64,000 nucleotides of DNA from Felis catus (taxonomy: Eukaryota). The stretch lies in contig NC_058368.1 of assembly GCF_018350175.1 (NCBI RefSeq), positions 179,554,001 to 179,618,000 on the forward strand, given 5' to 3'. Under the pieces are notes generated by a model, which had not been told where the DNA came from, searched no databases, and saw only the letters and a program-made list of their open reading frames with translations. Below, one piece after another: positions 13,477-25,709 of this stretch. Numbering within the stretch: position 1 is the first letter of the stretch; each line of letters begins with the position of its first letter. Position numbers and translations under genes: made by a program.

Positions 13477-13989
13477 TCATGTGCCTTACATTTCTTGCCA
13501 CATTTTCAAAGGCTGATCCCAATCTCTTCTGAGATTTCTGTTTCATAATTTCCAGCGATTTGTGGAGCCTTTCATTTTTTTCAGATGCCCTCCTCTATAG
13601 GGTAGAGAGGGGTTTTAAGAATGGGCCTTCTGGGAAGAATTTGGAAGGTTTGAGATTTCTGGACATGTAGTCATTACCTGGAGGTTACTGCTCAGAAAGA
13701 AAGAAATTGTCATATGTCATTGTAGGAAGAATTGGAGAAGGATTTATTCTTTTTTTGTTTGTTTGTTTCTGAGAGTCAGGACTGGGATGCCCTGGGGTGT
13801 GTCATGAAGGGAGAGATAATCCCTCTGGATGTTTTATTGAAGGGTGTGCTTGAGTGGACTAGGAAGATCTGGGAAGAGAGTTGTGGATTGGAGTATGTGC
13901 GCCTTTGAGTTTAGTTCAGCACTGAGGTCTCACTAACCTATTCTCCATTTTCCTGTGCTCATGTTTTGTATGAATAATAATCAACAAAT

Positions 13990-14220
13990 TAATGACAATG
14001 TTTACATATTGGGTATTTACTAGATGACTGGTCCTGTGCTAAATCACTTTCTCATCTCATTTAATCCTCACAACACCCTAGGAAATAGGTACTGTTATTA
14101 TACCCATTTTACAGACGAGAAAACAGAAACTTAGGGATGAGTTTGCCTAAAATCATTACCACTGTCTGGCAAAATTTGAGCCCAGGCTGTCTGATTCTAG
14201 TGCCTGCTTCCTTAAGCATT
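13990..14220 (-). mobile_element. MIR SINE
   Basis: tctcatttaatcctcacaacacccta...cccattttacagacgagaaaacaga. Confidence 0.8.
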
Positions 14221-14234
14221 ATGTTCTGGAGCAG

Positions 14235-14540
14235 GGAGAAGGATCTCAAACTGCAGTGCCTGTAAGGGCCAAGCAGGTGGCATAAGTGAGGAAGCAGATG
14301 AATGAGAGTCCATACCTTATCCAAAATGGGCACTTGCCTCTTAGCTACAGTTTCCGGTGGCCATGAGAGCCCAGTGGGTCAGATCACCTGATTTTTTAGA
14401 GACAATCTAGAATTCCAGATTTGTATGTGAAATGCTTCCAAATTGGCAATTAATTAATAAATGTTAAAAGTATATCAAGGGCCAGACTAAACATGTCTGC
14501 AGGCCAGAATTGGCCCATGGGCTACCAGTTTACAAGTTCT
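14235..14540. mobile_element. hAT-Charlie relic (MER102-like)
   Basis: End motif gtctgcaggccagaattggcccatgggctaccagtttacaa; subfamily uncertain. Confidence 0.45.
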
Positions 14541-15820
14541 ACTCCACTGCCTGCAGCAAAGAGCTAGATATGCCCCCTGTATGCCCTTTCCTGCTGGAGC
14601 ATGAAGCTGAACAGAGCAAGACAGGGGCCAGCAGGGAGCCCTCCTGCTGCAGGGAGAGGAAGAGCAGAGACCCATGCTTGCCCGTCCTCCTTGTAGGGCC
14701 CTCACCACCCCCACATCCAACCATCCAGGTTGCCCCTCTGTCTGGCTCCTCTCCTCCCTGCAGGTAGCTGTCTGTATAGCACTGGCTGCAAACTTCTGCA
14801 GGTGTAAAATTATATATGCGAGAGTGTTGCCAAGTCAGAAATTCAGCCCAGGGAGGCTTAGTTCCCAAACAACTGAGGTAGTGTGAAGCCAGTTTTTTAA
14901 ATCAAATTCAGTCATTTCTCTCCCGAATGCGTGTATGTGTTTTTAAACTTGTATGTAGTTATGTAACTGATGAGGATGAAGTGAAAAAGTCAGAAAATAA
15001 TTCAGTAATGTCTCTGTTGTACAGGTTGAGGGGGCGGGTAGCATGAAGGGGAAGCTCTGTGAGGGTGATCCACAGTGAAATGTGGCCACGTATGACCTAG
15101 TGGGGTGGTGATTTGATGGTTCTTGAACACATACTGTTTCCTCTCCTCTATCATGAAAGATGAATGGATGGCTGGGGAGAGAAAGCAAAGAAGGAAAGAC
15201 AGCTATAAGCATAGGGCCATCTGAGCAGATTCTAAGAACTGCCCTTGGGCTTATCAAAGTACATCTTCCTTTGGCCAGATTTCCAGGTCTTAGATGGCTT
15301 TAGCTCTGCTGGTCACTTTAGCCATGAGAAAAGTCCTATTTCAGCCAGGCCACTTTTTCCAACATTTTGCGGGGGAGAGAGGGAAGGGTGCGTGAGTAAT
15401 ACATATTTATTGCAGAAAACATTGGCAGTCATAAGAAGCAAAATGTAAAATATTTAAGAAAAAAAACAACAAAACTCTTCACCCCAGCATCCAGAGAACA
15501 CTAGTGTACATTTCTCTGAGTGTCTCCAAGGGACCTCACTTCATCCAAGGTGTCTGGGAGGAAGTGAGGGGAGTGTGATATGTGGTTTTGGCTCCCACAG
15601 AGCATCACAGTCCTTTGGGAGACGAGACAAACACACAGGAAACAGGCAGCACACACGAGGTGGAAGGAAATGTGATGAAAGGCCAAAATGGATTGTGCAG
15701 AGGCTAAATGATGCAGAAGTTCAGAAGTTCAGAGAAGGGAGAGATCAGTGTGGGATGGAGAGGCTGGGAAAGCTGCAGAGAAGAGGCTTGGGGGGGCCTT
15801 GCAAAGCCTGAAGAGAAGCC

Positions 15821-16240
15821 ATATGTTTCCCGAGGTGGCCAAACCAAAGTACCACAAACTGAGTGGCTTAAATCAACAGAAACACATTCTGTCACACTTC
15901 TGGGGGCTAAGAGTCCAAAATCAAGGAATCGGTATGGCCGTGCTCACTCTGAAGTGTATAGCGGGGGGATCTTTCCTTGCCTCTTCTAGCTTCTGGTCCT
16001 TGGTGGTCCTTGGCATCCACTGACCTGCGTCTGCCTCACTCCAGCTCCTGTCTCTGGTGTTTGTTCCTGTCCTCCCTGTGTTTGTCCTGTTGTCTTGTGA
16101 AGACTCTAGGCATATTGGATTGGGGGCACCCTAATGGCTTCATCTGAAACTAATTCCATCTGCAAAGACCCTATTTCCAGATAAGGTCACATTTATAGGT
16201 ATTGGCAGTTAGGACTTCAACATATCTTTTGAGTAGACAT
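15821..16240 (-). mobile_element. MaLR solo LTR, MLT1C-like
   Basis: aaagtaccacaaactgagtggcttaaatcaacagaaa...ctgcaaagaccctatttccagataaggtcacatt...ttaggacttcaacatatctttt. Confidence 0.85.
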
Positions 16241-16659
16241 AGTGGTAGGATTTGGAGGGAGAAAGGATGTTGAGGGCTTTCGAGGCCAGCAGATAGCGGG
16301 GACGTATGTGTTGATAGAGTGCCTCACAGAGTCCCAGATCTGTAAGATGCTCAGTAAAGGTTTGTGGACTGAAAGAAGAAAGAAATAAATGTGACAGGCT
16401 GAGGATAGCCATGATGCCCACCTGGCTGCAGTGCTGCTGAACTGTGAGAGACGTTGGCATCTTGGGGACACAAATCTGGTTGTGGGGGCAGGTTTAATGT
16501 CAGGGGAAAGAGCTGAGGGCTGTTAAACCAGTTGCTTCCCTGCTTGACCTCTTCTGTGGTTCTGAGTGCTGAAAGCATGCAGGCTGCCCCATGGATGCTC
16601 CACAGCCTGGGTGCCCCCTGCATCTGTGACCCCATTTGGTATCTGCTCCAGTCACTCCC

Positions 16660-17650
16660 ATTGTGCTCCAGTCACCTGACCTTTCTGTTGCTTAGGCCTT
16701 CCAAATGCTTGCTGTACTCAGGGCTGTTGTGATTCTGTTCCTGTATTTGGAAATATCTCCCTTCAGCCTCTCCCTTCGCCTGGCTCCTCCTTTCCCTTCA
16801 GGTCTCAGACCAAATGTCTCTACCAAAGAGAGGCCCCTCCCACCACCCTTGCTAGAGCCTCCACTTCCTCTCATGCTTACTTTCATTCTCTTAGCCTCAC
16901 CCTGAAATGATTTTCGGATATTTATTTTTTCTTTTTTTGTAATCTGTAGTTCTGTGGTTTATTCGTGGTTGCCTGTGGCCCCCTGTGTTAGTTTTCTGTT
17001 GCTGTGTAACAGTCTTACCACAAACTTGGTGGCTTGAAACAACTCCTGTTTATCACCTTACAGTTCACCAGAGGCTTCTGCTTCAAGATCTCACAAAGCT
17101 GTTAGTTGGGGAATGTGGTCTCATCTGAAGGCTGAACTGGGATGGAACCACTTCTAAGCTCTTTATGTTGTTAGCAGAATTGCAGTCTGTTAGATTGAAG
17201 ACTTCAGACTCTTGGTGGTTGTCCTCAGTTCCTCCTTGGTTCTTTTTTGGGGGGGGGGCTTCCCTTAGTTCCTTGTCATATGGGCCTCCCTAATATGGCC
17301 ACTTGCTGATCACAGGTAATAAGAGTAAAGGTCCCCTAGCAAGATGGGCATTATACTTGTATGTAATATAATCACAGAAGTGACATCTGTCACTTTGCCG
17401 TGTTATATTGGTGAGAAGCAAATAAGTAGGTCCTGCTTTGCTCAAGGAGAAGGGATTACATAAGGGTGCTAGTACTAGGAGACAGGGATCATGTAACCCA
17501 CCCTATAGTCTATCTGCCATGATTACTAAGAGAATAAAGTTCCCAGAAAGGAACTATTTTTGTTGTTGTTCAACACACTATCCCTAGTCATAAGTACAGT
17601 ACCAGGTCCAAAGTAGGTGTGTAATAAAGGCCTATTGTAGGAATAAAAGA
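16660..17650 (+). mobile_element. L2 3' fragment interrupted by an MLT1 LTR
   Basis: ccttcaggtctcagaccaaatgtctc before the LTR; tacagtaccaggtccaaagtaggtgtgtaataaa after it. Confidence 0.55.
16984..17520 (-). mobile_element. MaLR solo LTR (MLT1E/F-like)
   Basis: tgtgttagttttctgttgctgtgtaaca...accacaaacttggtggcttgaaacaac; aatcacagaagtgacatc; ctcaaggagaagggattaca. Confidence 0.75.
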
Positions 17651-17779
17651 AGGATAAAGGGAAGGACAGAAAGAGGGATCAAGGGAGGGAGGAAGGAAGG
17701 AAGGAACAAATGGAGGGAAGAAAGAAGGAAAGATGGAGAGAAGGAATGTCCTGCTTTCTCCTGTAACATGCTTTAACAG

Positions 17780-18423
17780 CCCAACAAATCTGCTTGCAGT
17801 TATCCTCAGGTAATGCCTCTAGGCTTTTATACGTGCTCTTTCTTTTACCTAGAATCCTTTTCCTCCCTCTCACATAGTCCTATGCCAGCCAACCTGGCCA
17901 TGGCCAACTCAGCCTTGAAGTCTCGATTAAAACATTACCTTTTCCTGGAAGCTCTTCCTGACCCTTAAAACATGATTTTTCTATACTCTCCCATAAGCTT
18001 TTGTTTATACCTCTGGCACAGTATAGAACAGGAGTCTGTAAACTGTAGCTTCCAGACCAAACCTGGCCTTCAGCCTGTTTTGTAAATAAAGTTTTACTGG
18101 AGCACAGCCATGCCCATTAGTTTGTGTATTGTCTATGGCTGCTTTCATGCTACACAACTGAGTTGAATAGTTGTGATAATAAACATGGCTGGAAAAACCT
18201 AAATTATTTACTATCTGGCCCTTTACAGACAGAGTTAATCAACACTTAGTGTAGACTATTTAGCACAGCCTGTGGTAATTGATCCTTTCTATTTTTCCTA
18301 CTAAACTCTGAGTTGCTTAAGGTCAGAGACCATACCAGTCTGGTTTACACTTGCATCTCAACATTTAGTATAGTAGCTGAAACTTAAGGCTTAAGACAGT
18401 TTATTGAATGAATGAATGAATGA
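17780..18423 (+). mobile_element. L2 3' fragment interrupted by MER58A
   Basis: aaacattaccttttcctggaagctcttcctgac; ends with the L2 tail ttattgaatgaatgaatgaatga. Confidence 0.6.
18029..18250. mobile_element. MER58A hAT-Charlie element
   Basis: gcctgttttgtaaataaagttttactggagcacagccatgccca...tttactatctggccctttacaga. Confidence 0.85.
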
Positions 18424-18424
18424 T

Positions 18425-18830
18425 GTATCATATCAGTCAGAAAAAGAAAACCGGTAGAAAAACTCAAATTAGAATTATTCCAGAAAGGTTGATTTATAAA
18501 GGGACTATTTCAGAAACTGGGTGTGGCTCAGGGAACCAGGACTAGAAGCAGTAGAGCTGTTACCGCCCCTGAGCCAGAAGAGATGAGAGGAGGCAAAATG
18601 TTCTGGAACCAGGAAGAGGTCAGTCATGAAGAGGAACCGTGACCTTTGGTGGAGACAGTAGCTAACCTGGATGACCTCTCAGGGAGGGAAGCAGGAGAAT
18701 AAATACACTGTCCTCACTCTGTTCCCTTCCTCCATCTGCTGCTCAACTCAAAGCGAAATAAGACACAAGAGCCAGCCCTGTAATGTGGGCCAATCAGGTT
18801 ACTTTCCCAGGGTAGAGAGTGAATAATTGA
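18425..18830. mobile_element. Old ERVL-type solo LTR (LTR33-like; subfamily uncertain)
   Basis: Resembles the 29520-29950 element (tcagtcag...ctcaaa...aaagggactattt...ctcactctgttcccttcctccatct). Confidence 0.4.
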
Positions 18831-20679
18831 AACTGAGGTCAGAGCCCCTCCACTAAGTTATTCTGGTTTGGTTGGAACCTGTTCTTTGCTAGTGGTAAAC
18901 AAGGGGTCAGGCTGGACCACAGGACATCTTAATTCTGCCCCCTCTTACCACTTTCCTAATCCCCAGATTTGGCTTTGGGATCTGGAATGTGAATGCATCA
19001 CACTGTCTGAAGGCTTGTTCAGAAGCTTGTTTTCCTTGTCCTCAGACCCTCCACTTCTCTGTGATTCCTATCATGGCCCTTGCTGTCACCACCCCATCAC
19101 AATGCACTTGCTTCCCATCTGCTCCAGGTCTTCTGAGCTCCTGTTCTCACAGCAGTCTCAAATCTTTGATTGTTCACTCTCCATGGAATCTAAACCACAT
19201 CTCTTAACATCTAAATTTTGCATACTCTTACATTGTTCTCTAAGTAGCTTGCAAGTCTCAGTTCATCTCCTCAACTAGACTCCAAGCTGAGGGCAAGGTC
19301 TAAGCCATATTTTTTAAGGCCACTTGGTTCTGGGCCCCCAAAACACAAGAGTTATAGATCTCAAAATTATTAAGACTTTATACGTTATGTTGTCCAGTTT
19401 CCTACCCATCACAAGTACATCATGTCTGGCATGAGTTAACTACTAATCTCTGCTTATATACTCCTGTAAGAGGGAATTAATTCATTGTGAGGTAACCCTT
19501 CCAAGTTCACCTTATACTGAGATCTTCTTTCCTGAAACCCAGAAAGCAGCACTCTGTAGATACTTGCTGTGCAGGGGCAGATGGTCTTATCTGAACTGAT
19601 GGTATGTTCTCTAACTCTGTACATTGTACCATCACACAGAAACATCTTTTTTTGACACCAGTCCTAACTTCTACCTCTGCATCCTCTTTCAACAAGTTGT
19701 TATCTGTGAGTGAAAAATTAACCACCCCAAATGCTGTTTAGAAAGTGTTTCCTCACACAGTTTATCTCTTGAGCCTTCTGATAGTCCTATAGAGCTGGTG
19801 TTCTTGGTCATATTTTATAAAAGTCTCAACAACAATACCAACAACTGGGGTTCAACAGATTTAAGTGATGTTCCCAAAGTCACACAGCTGAGAAGGAAGA
19901 GGGGACTCAAATCTACATCTTCTGGGTTTGGTGTTGAAGCCCTTTTCTCCACACTATGCTATTTTACTGGAGGTTGTTTTTACTGCTTCCTCTTCCCAGA
20001 TGTGCCATGGCAAAAAGAATGTTTTGCTGGAATGCCGCAGAATGAATCAAAAGAAGGATGTGAATATACATATGCCAAGTTAGGGACAGTAGTCTGCCCT
20101 AGAACATTTTTGTTTCATTTTTTCCAGTGTTGTTCTGAATTCCTTGCCCTCCCTACCCCACCCAAGGTGTCAAGCAGATGTGAAAATACCACAAAGCTGC
20201 GACTCATAGCATTGGTTTATGATTCACTGATTGGGATGGGGGAAAATAATGCTGGAGATTACCATGGTGATGCCTGTTTATGGAGGCAATGTGGTAGATG
20301 ATGAGCATCATGGCAGAAACCAGACATGGGCCAAAACAGCAAGATAGCACTCCCCCCTGGAGTTTGCAGAGGGGCTCAGCACTCCCACTGGCCCAGACCT
20401 CACTGGAAGACAGAAGAGGAAATGGGCCCTGTTGGCTGGAGAGGGAAGCAGCCAAACCACCAGGAATGCCCTTTGCTTTCTTCAAGATGGGATGGGAAAT
20501 TCTACTCTGTACTGCTCTGTTCTATTTATTTATTCATTTATTCATTCATTCATTTTTCTTCCTGCCAGAAGTTCACCTGATGCAGTAGAAAATGCTTAGA
20601 CTCTAGATGTAGATGGACAGCATGATGTGATTTAAACAAAACAAAACAAAACAAAAACACAAAAAACACTTGTCTTCTG

Positions 20680-20920
20680 CATTCAGAGAGCCCAAATTCA
20701 CATCCTAGCCTTTGCCCCTTACTGGTTGTGTGACCTCATGGCAAGTTGCTTTGTTGGTAAAATCTAAGCTAGACTGGTGATGGAAGAGAGGATGCTTCAG
20801 CTTCCTCATGTGAAAAATGGGGTAATAATAGTACCTACCACATATGATTGCTGTCTGGGATAAGAGAGAATGAACATACAGTTTTTAGCACAGTGTCTGG
20901 TGCATAGTTTGGGCCCCAAA
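20680..20920 (+). mobile_element. MIR SINE, interrupted
   Basis: ttactggttgtgtgacctc...ggcaagtt; cagcttcctcatgtgaaaaatggggtaataatagtacctacc. Confidence 0.65.
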
Positions 20921-21049
20921 ACATCAGCTTTTGTTAATTCCTATCTTCAGTATTTTTATCTTGAAGGAAGATCATAACACTTATGTTTCAGAAACTGTTG
21001 CAAAGAAAAAGGAAAAAAAAAGATGGAAAGTTCCTGACTCAAAGATACT

Positions 21050-21490
21050 GCATTTGTCCATGTAGACTGCTATAACAAATAGGCCCCAAATTTCAGAGGC
21101 TTAAGAATTATTTATTGAATGTGTATTATGAATGTGAATTATTATTTATTGAATGAGTTTTATGTGGGTAAATGGAGAGACAGGGGAGGGAGGGTCTCTA
21201 TTCTGTGAAGTCATTCAGGGACTCAGGTTCTTTCTGTCTGCCAGTCTTGGAGTCCTCCACTGGATTTACTGAATTTAGCCCAAGATGAAGGAAGAGAAAG
21301 AGCATGGAGGACTGAGCAAGAAGTGTTATGGGTCAGGCCTGAAGGCAGCACATATTGCCTCTGCCCACGTAATAGTGAGAACTCAGTCACATGGTTGCAC
21401 CTACCTGCCAGAGAAGCTGACAAATGTACACTATCTGTGTGTCCCAGACAGGGAAAATGGTTCGGTGGACAGCTTGCCAGGCTCTGTTCA
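21050..21490 (-). mobile_element. Old MaLR solo LTR (MLT1K/L-like)
   Basis: tagactgctataacaaata...gaggcttaa; gtcattcagggactcagg; gaactcagtcacatggttgcaccta. Confidence 0.65.
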
Positions 21491-21819
21491 ATGAATGGTA
21501 CCCACTATTGCGATTACTAATAATACACCAGGGTGATTCTCATGGTGTCCTAAGGCCCACTTGGTGGGATGGACAACCTTAATTACACAGTCTTTACTCC
21601 TGAGAACCAGAGAGGAGGGCCAATTCTCACTTCATTCCTAGGATGACAGGGTATCTTTGGCCCCTTGTGATCCATCCTTGACCATATGACAGGACTGAGG
21701 ATCTCAAGAGTGGCAGTCAGGGGCAGAAAGGACATGCCTTTGAGAGTTATCTGAAGGGCATTCCATTGTTAATGGTAAATTAAATATTCAGAAAATGTCT
21801 TTCTCTTCCTTTCTCTTCC

Positions 21820-22385
21820 ATATCTGTATTGTGCCAAATGACTCATTTCAGAACTTAATGGCTTAAGACACAGGACTCACTTTAGTATTCTTCCTCATAG
21901 TGTCTGTGGGCAGGAATTCAAGAGTACTTCAGCTAGGTGATCTGGCTCAGGATTTCTCATAAGTCCTACCCAGATGGTGGCTGGAGCTAAAATCTCAAAG
22001 GTGTTTGCACTTACGTGCCTGACCTCCAGGCTGGAAAGAATCAAACAGCCAGGGTGGAACCACCAGGGCTCCTTCAGCACCTCTCTGTCTCTCTCTGTAT
22101 TCTCTTTCTGGTCTTCTTACGTGGCCTTAACCAGTGGCGACTCTAGGTCTTCTGGTCTTCCAATGTGACAGCTGAGGACTCTCATGCAAGTGCTCTGAAA
22201 GAGAGCCAGGCAGTCACTTCTTACCTCTTTTAAGCCAGCCTCAGAAATTCCACATCATTCCTACCCCAGGCTTGTCTACGCAGTCATGAGGCCCACTCAG
22301 GTTCAAGGGAGAGGGACACAGACTGTACATGTCCATGGCAGGTTTGTCAAAGAAACAACTTGCAGACATGTTTTCCTGCCACCCC
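21820..22385 (-). mobile_element. MaLR solo LTR (MLT1G/H-like)
   Basis: aacttaatggcttaagacac...tctgtgggcaggaattc...ggcccactcaggttcaagggagagggacacagact. Confidence 0.7.
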
Positions 22386-23124
22386 ACGTCCCTACCCCTC
22401 ATCTAGAACCATAGTGGCTTCCCATCTCATGAGCAGGCTTGCAGCTGGTTTGGAACTCGTGCTAGGTAGGCTAAGATATACTAATTCCCTCAAAGGCCAA
22501 AGCTGAAGGCTAAGAAATCTGGCTAAAGTTCCAGAGCAGCCTGGACTGGGATGGGGGGGCTGGGGGAGCGATGGGCGCATGAGGTACTGCAGCCTCTTCT
22601 CAGTGTCCATTTAATGAATTCTTATGTTCAGCCAAGCATGCTGGCAGTCTAGTTTGTGTTTCTTGCCATTCGAAGGTTGCAAGTAGGAGGGGCTGACATA
22701 GAGCATGGAGGCTCAGCGAAGTTAAGTAAAATACTGAAACTCACCCAGCTGGGAGTGGGGGGATGGGGAAGAGATTTGAACCCTGACCTGTGCCACCTCA
22801 AAGCCCGTGAACGTGTTCCCTGACCTCCTCCCTGGCAGTCAGGCAGTGCATCAGTTGGTGGGGCCGGGAAAGATATGGAAATAGGTGTCATAGAAATGTG
22901 AGAGAGAGGCAGCGTGAGGGGCCTGCTGGTAGTGCCATCCTACCACTTATTGGTCACAAAATGCACCCCTCTTTCATCTGTAGGAAGATAGTCTCTTGGG
23001 GATCCCAGGATTCATCTGTAGGCACAGAGTTTGAGGTGCTGTAGGCAGCAGCTCTTGGTGCACTGAAATTTCAGAGTGGAAGTGGGGGGGTGCAGGTAAG
23101 AGGGATGCAGTTCAACTAATTACA

Positions 23125-23355
23125 GTAGCAGTAGCTGCCACGATTGAGTCTTTAACAAGTGCCAGATAAGCACTGGGATAAGCAGTGCATACGTATCATC
23201 TCATTTGACCTTCCTAAAAGCTCTGGAGGTTGAGGTGATTACCCTCATTCTGTGGATGGAATAGCTGAGCCTCAGAGATGAAGTGAACTACCGGTAGGTC
23301 ACTCACTAGGTGGCAGGGCAGGGAGTCAAACTCAGGGCTGCTTGCTTCTGAAGCT
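23125..23355 (-). mobile_element. MIR SINE
   Basis: atctcatttgaccttcc...cctcattctgtggatggaatagctgagcctcagagatgaagtgaact. Confidence 0.65.
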
Positions 23356-24143
23356 CCGCCTCCCAAACATGGACTATGTGCCTGGGGCAACCCTATGACC
23401 CGTCCCCCCTGAAATCCTCAATGTTTCAGCAGAGCACACTATGTGCCCCTTCACATAATAAATATTAATTGAAAATATTGGTGCGATAGCCACCAGCACA
23501 AGCTGCTAAGATATCATGCTGTGTCCTGGTAATTAAACCCTGAGATGCATTGTCATATCTGCAATTTTCAGTGTCCCCAAACATCAGTCCCAACTGAGAC
23601 CGGAGGTGAGAAGAATACTCAGAGTGAGGATAAGCATGAGATTCCTGTCTATGTGCTCGTTTCTAAACCTCACACGAGCAACTTTCTTCATTTTCCTGTG
23701 TAGTTCTTGCTCTTCCTTTTACCAGCACTCCACTACATCTGAAAAGACTATATACTGCCTCACTCCATCACAGGCTGGCTAAGAAACAACTTGGTTGCTA
23801 TTTTTGTTAGTGGAAAACTGGATGAGGAAGGGAGGTGGTTCCCAGGTGAGGTTACCCAAGGACTCACTTGATTTTTATTTTTGATATTATTTTCAATACC
23901 AGGAGAATAATCCCTCCTCATACCAAGTATGAGAATCTGAAGATTGTGTCTCCATTCCCTTTATGCAGCTGTAGAGCTCCCAAGTCCCTCTGAGGCATGA
24001 CTGATGGATGGCAACTTTAGGACCTGGATAGGTAAACCAAAGAAATAGTGAGCGTGTGGGTGGGGATCTGTCATGGGGAAAATGGCCTCTTAGTTCCTGA
24101 ATGTTCAGGAAGGAGCAAAGTCATTTTACAAATACCTTGTTGA

Positions 24144-24384
24144 GGGGTGCCTGGGTGGTTCCGTCAGTCAGGTGTCTGACTTTGGCTCAGTTCATGATCT
24201 CACGGTCATGAGTTTGAGCCCCACATTGGGCTCTGTGCTTACAGCTCAGAGCCTGGAGCCTGCTTTGGATTCTATGTCTCCCTCAGTCTCTGCCCCTCCC
24301 CCAGTCACGCTCTGTCTCCATCTCTTTCTCTTTCAAAAGTAAATAAAATATTTTTTTAAAAATCTTAAAACAAAACAAAACAAA
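24144..24384 (+). mobile_element. Felid SINEC
   Basis: ggggtgcctgggtgg head, (CT)n and A tail; 16-bp TSD acaaataccttgttga at 24128-24143 and 24385-24400. Confidence 0.95.
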
Positions 24385-24559
24385 ACAAATACCTTGTTGA
24401 AACTACAGTGTGGCCAAAACCTGAAAAGTTTCTCAAAAAGGCATAGTAGATAGGAATTAATCACTCAGTATCTATTATTAAGAATTGTAACATATTATTC
24501 CTGGTCTTACTCGTTTATTTATTTTTGCATCTAGTCTTCTTAGATAATTTTAGTAAACA

Positions 24560-24561
24560 TA

Positions 24562-24599
<38 letters not shown>

Positions 24600-24655
24600 T
24601 ATATATATATATATATATTCTATATATATATATATAGAATATATATATATATATA
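24560..24655. repeat. Interrupted (TA)n microsatellite
   Basis: (TA)n blocks separated by agaa/ttct spacers. Confidence 0.95.
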
Positions 24656-24974
24656 ACTTGTTCATAGGTTCATTTTTGACTTTGGTTTTCTCTAACCCTG
24701 GTGTCCTAATACCCATGGTACCCTTTTTCACCAACACAAATATCACCATGATGCTTTCAGTTCTTCCATGGCAAATTCTTCTCTTTGGGACCATTTTTGC
24801 AGGAGCAATCCATGTAGCTGTCTTTACCTCATGTATGAGATTAGTAAAATTACCTCCACTCTCTGCCAGGCACATACTTTCTACATTGGGGTATGGAGTT
24901 AAATGAGATATTATCTTTGTCCTCAGGGACTTTACAAACTAGCTGGAAAATAAATAAATACCTAGGTAGGTACC

Positions 24975-25455
24975 AAAGTCAGTTGAGATTCTTTTGTTTT
25001 CAAGTCGTAGAAAATTCAACTCAAACTGTTTAAAGATAATAGGGATATGGGATAGACGGGCTCGTGTGATTTTGAAATACAGAAGTATTTGGCTTCAGCA
25101 TGGGTAGGTCCAGATACTCATAAGATAGCACCAGGAATCAGTCTCTCTTTATCTTTTGACTCTGGAAAACTCTCTCTTCATAGTGGCAAGTTGGCTTTTG
25201 GCAGCGCTGAACAGCTTGGAAACCTAGTGGGGAGAGAGCTGTTAGAAATTTGAGTCATGTACGCATTCCTGAAACAATTCCTGTGGTCAGAGGGAGTGAA
25301 GATGCTTATAAGCCTAGCCTGGAGCTGGGAAGAGGGGCAAGCCTCACTTATGTGACATGATCTGAGAGTTGGGGGAGGGGACTTCCAAAGAAAAGTTCTT
25401 ACCCAAAGAAGGGACAACAGAAGCCAGGAAGCTAAATATAACAGGGCTCTACTAC
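24975..25455 (-). mobile_element. Old MaLR solo LTR (MLT1J-like)
   Basis: gtcagttgagattcttttgttttcaagt...gaaaattcaactcaaactgtttaa; tggcttcagcatgggtaggtccag. Confidence 0.5.
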
Positions 25456-25637
25456 ATATATAATGGATGGCTTATTCCATACAGTATCCTTAAGTTGGTT
25501 GGGCATGCTCAGGGGATGACATTAATCATTGGAATTACCTTTTCCTTGACAAGCAGCATTCCTTCAAGACTGTCTGGGTTGAATAGACCATAAACGTAAC
25601 CTGCAAAAATCTGACCTAGATCTGCTCTCCATTGCAG

Positions 25638-25709
25638 TGACCTGGACAGAAATAATATTACCAGGATTACCAAGATGGACTTCGCTGGACTCAAGAACCT
25701 CCGGGTCTT
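25638..25709 (+). CDS. SLIT3: SLIT3 coding exon 2 (72 nt, one 24-aa LRR)
   Basis: Acceptor ctctccattgcAG at 25636-25637 and donor GTAAGT at 25710. Translation t-GAC CTG GAC AGA AAT AAT ATT ACC AGG ATT ACC AAG ATG GAC TTC GCT GGA CTC AAG AAC CTC CGG GTC tt = [23 protein letters not shown](L), recognised as SLIT3 LRR domain 1. Confidence 0.96.

Noticed and set aside
19798..20301. 167-aa ORF
   Set aside because: Starts in a MIR-like relic, GTG start, no recognisable protein similarity.
24144..24230. tRNA-like A/B box sequence at SINE heads
   Set aside because: These are the tRNA-derived heads of SINEC elements, not tRNA genes.
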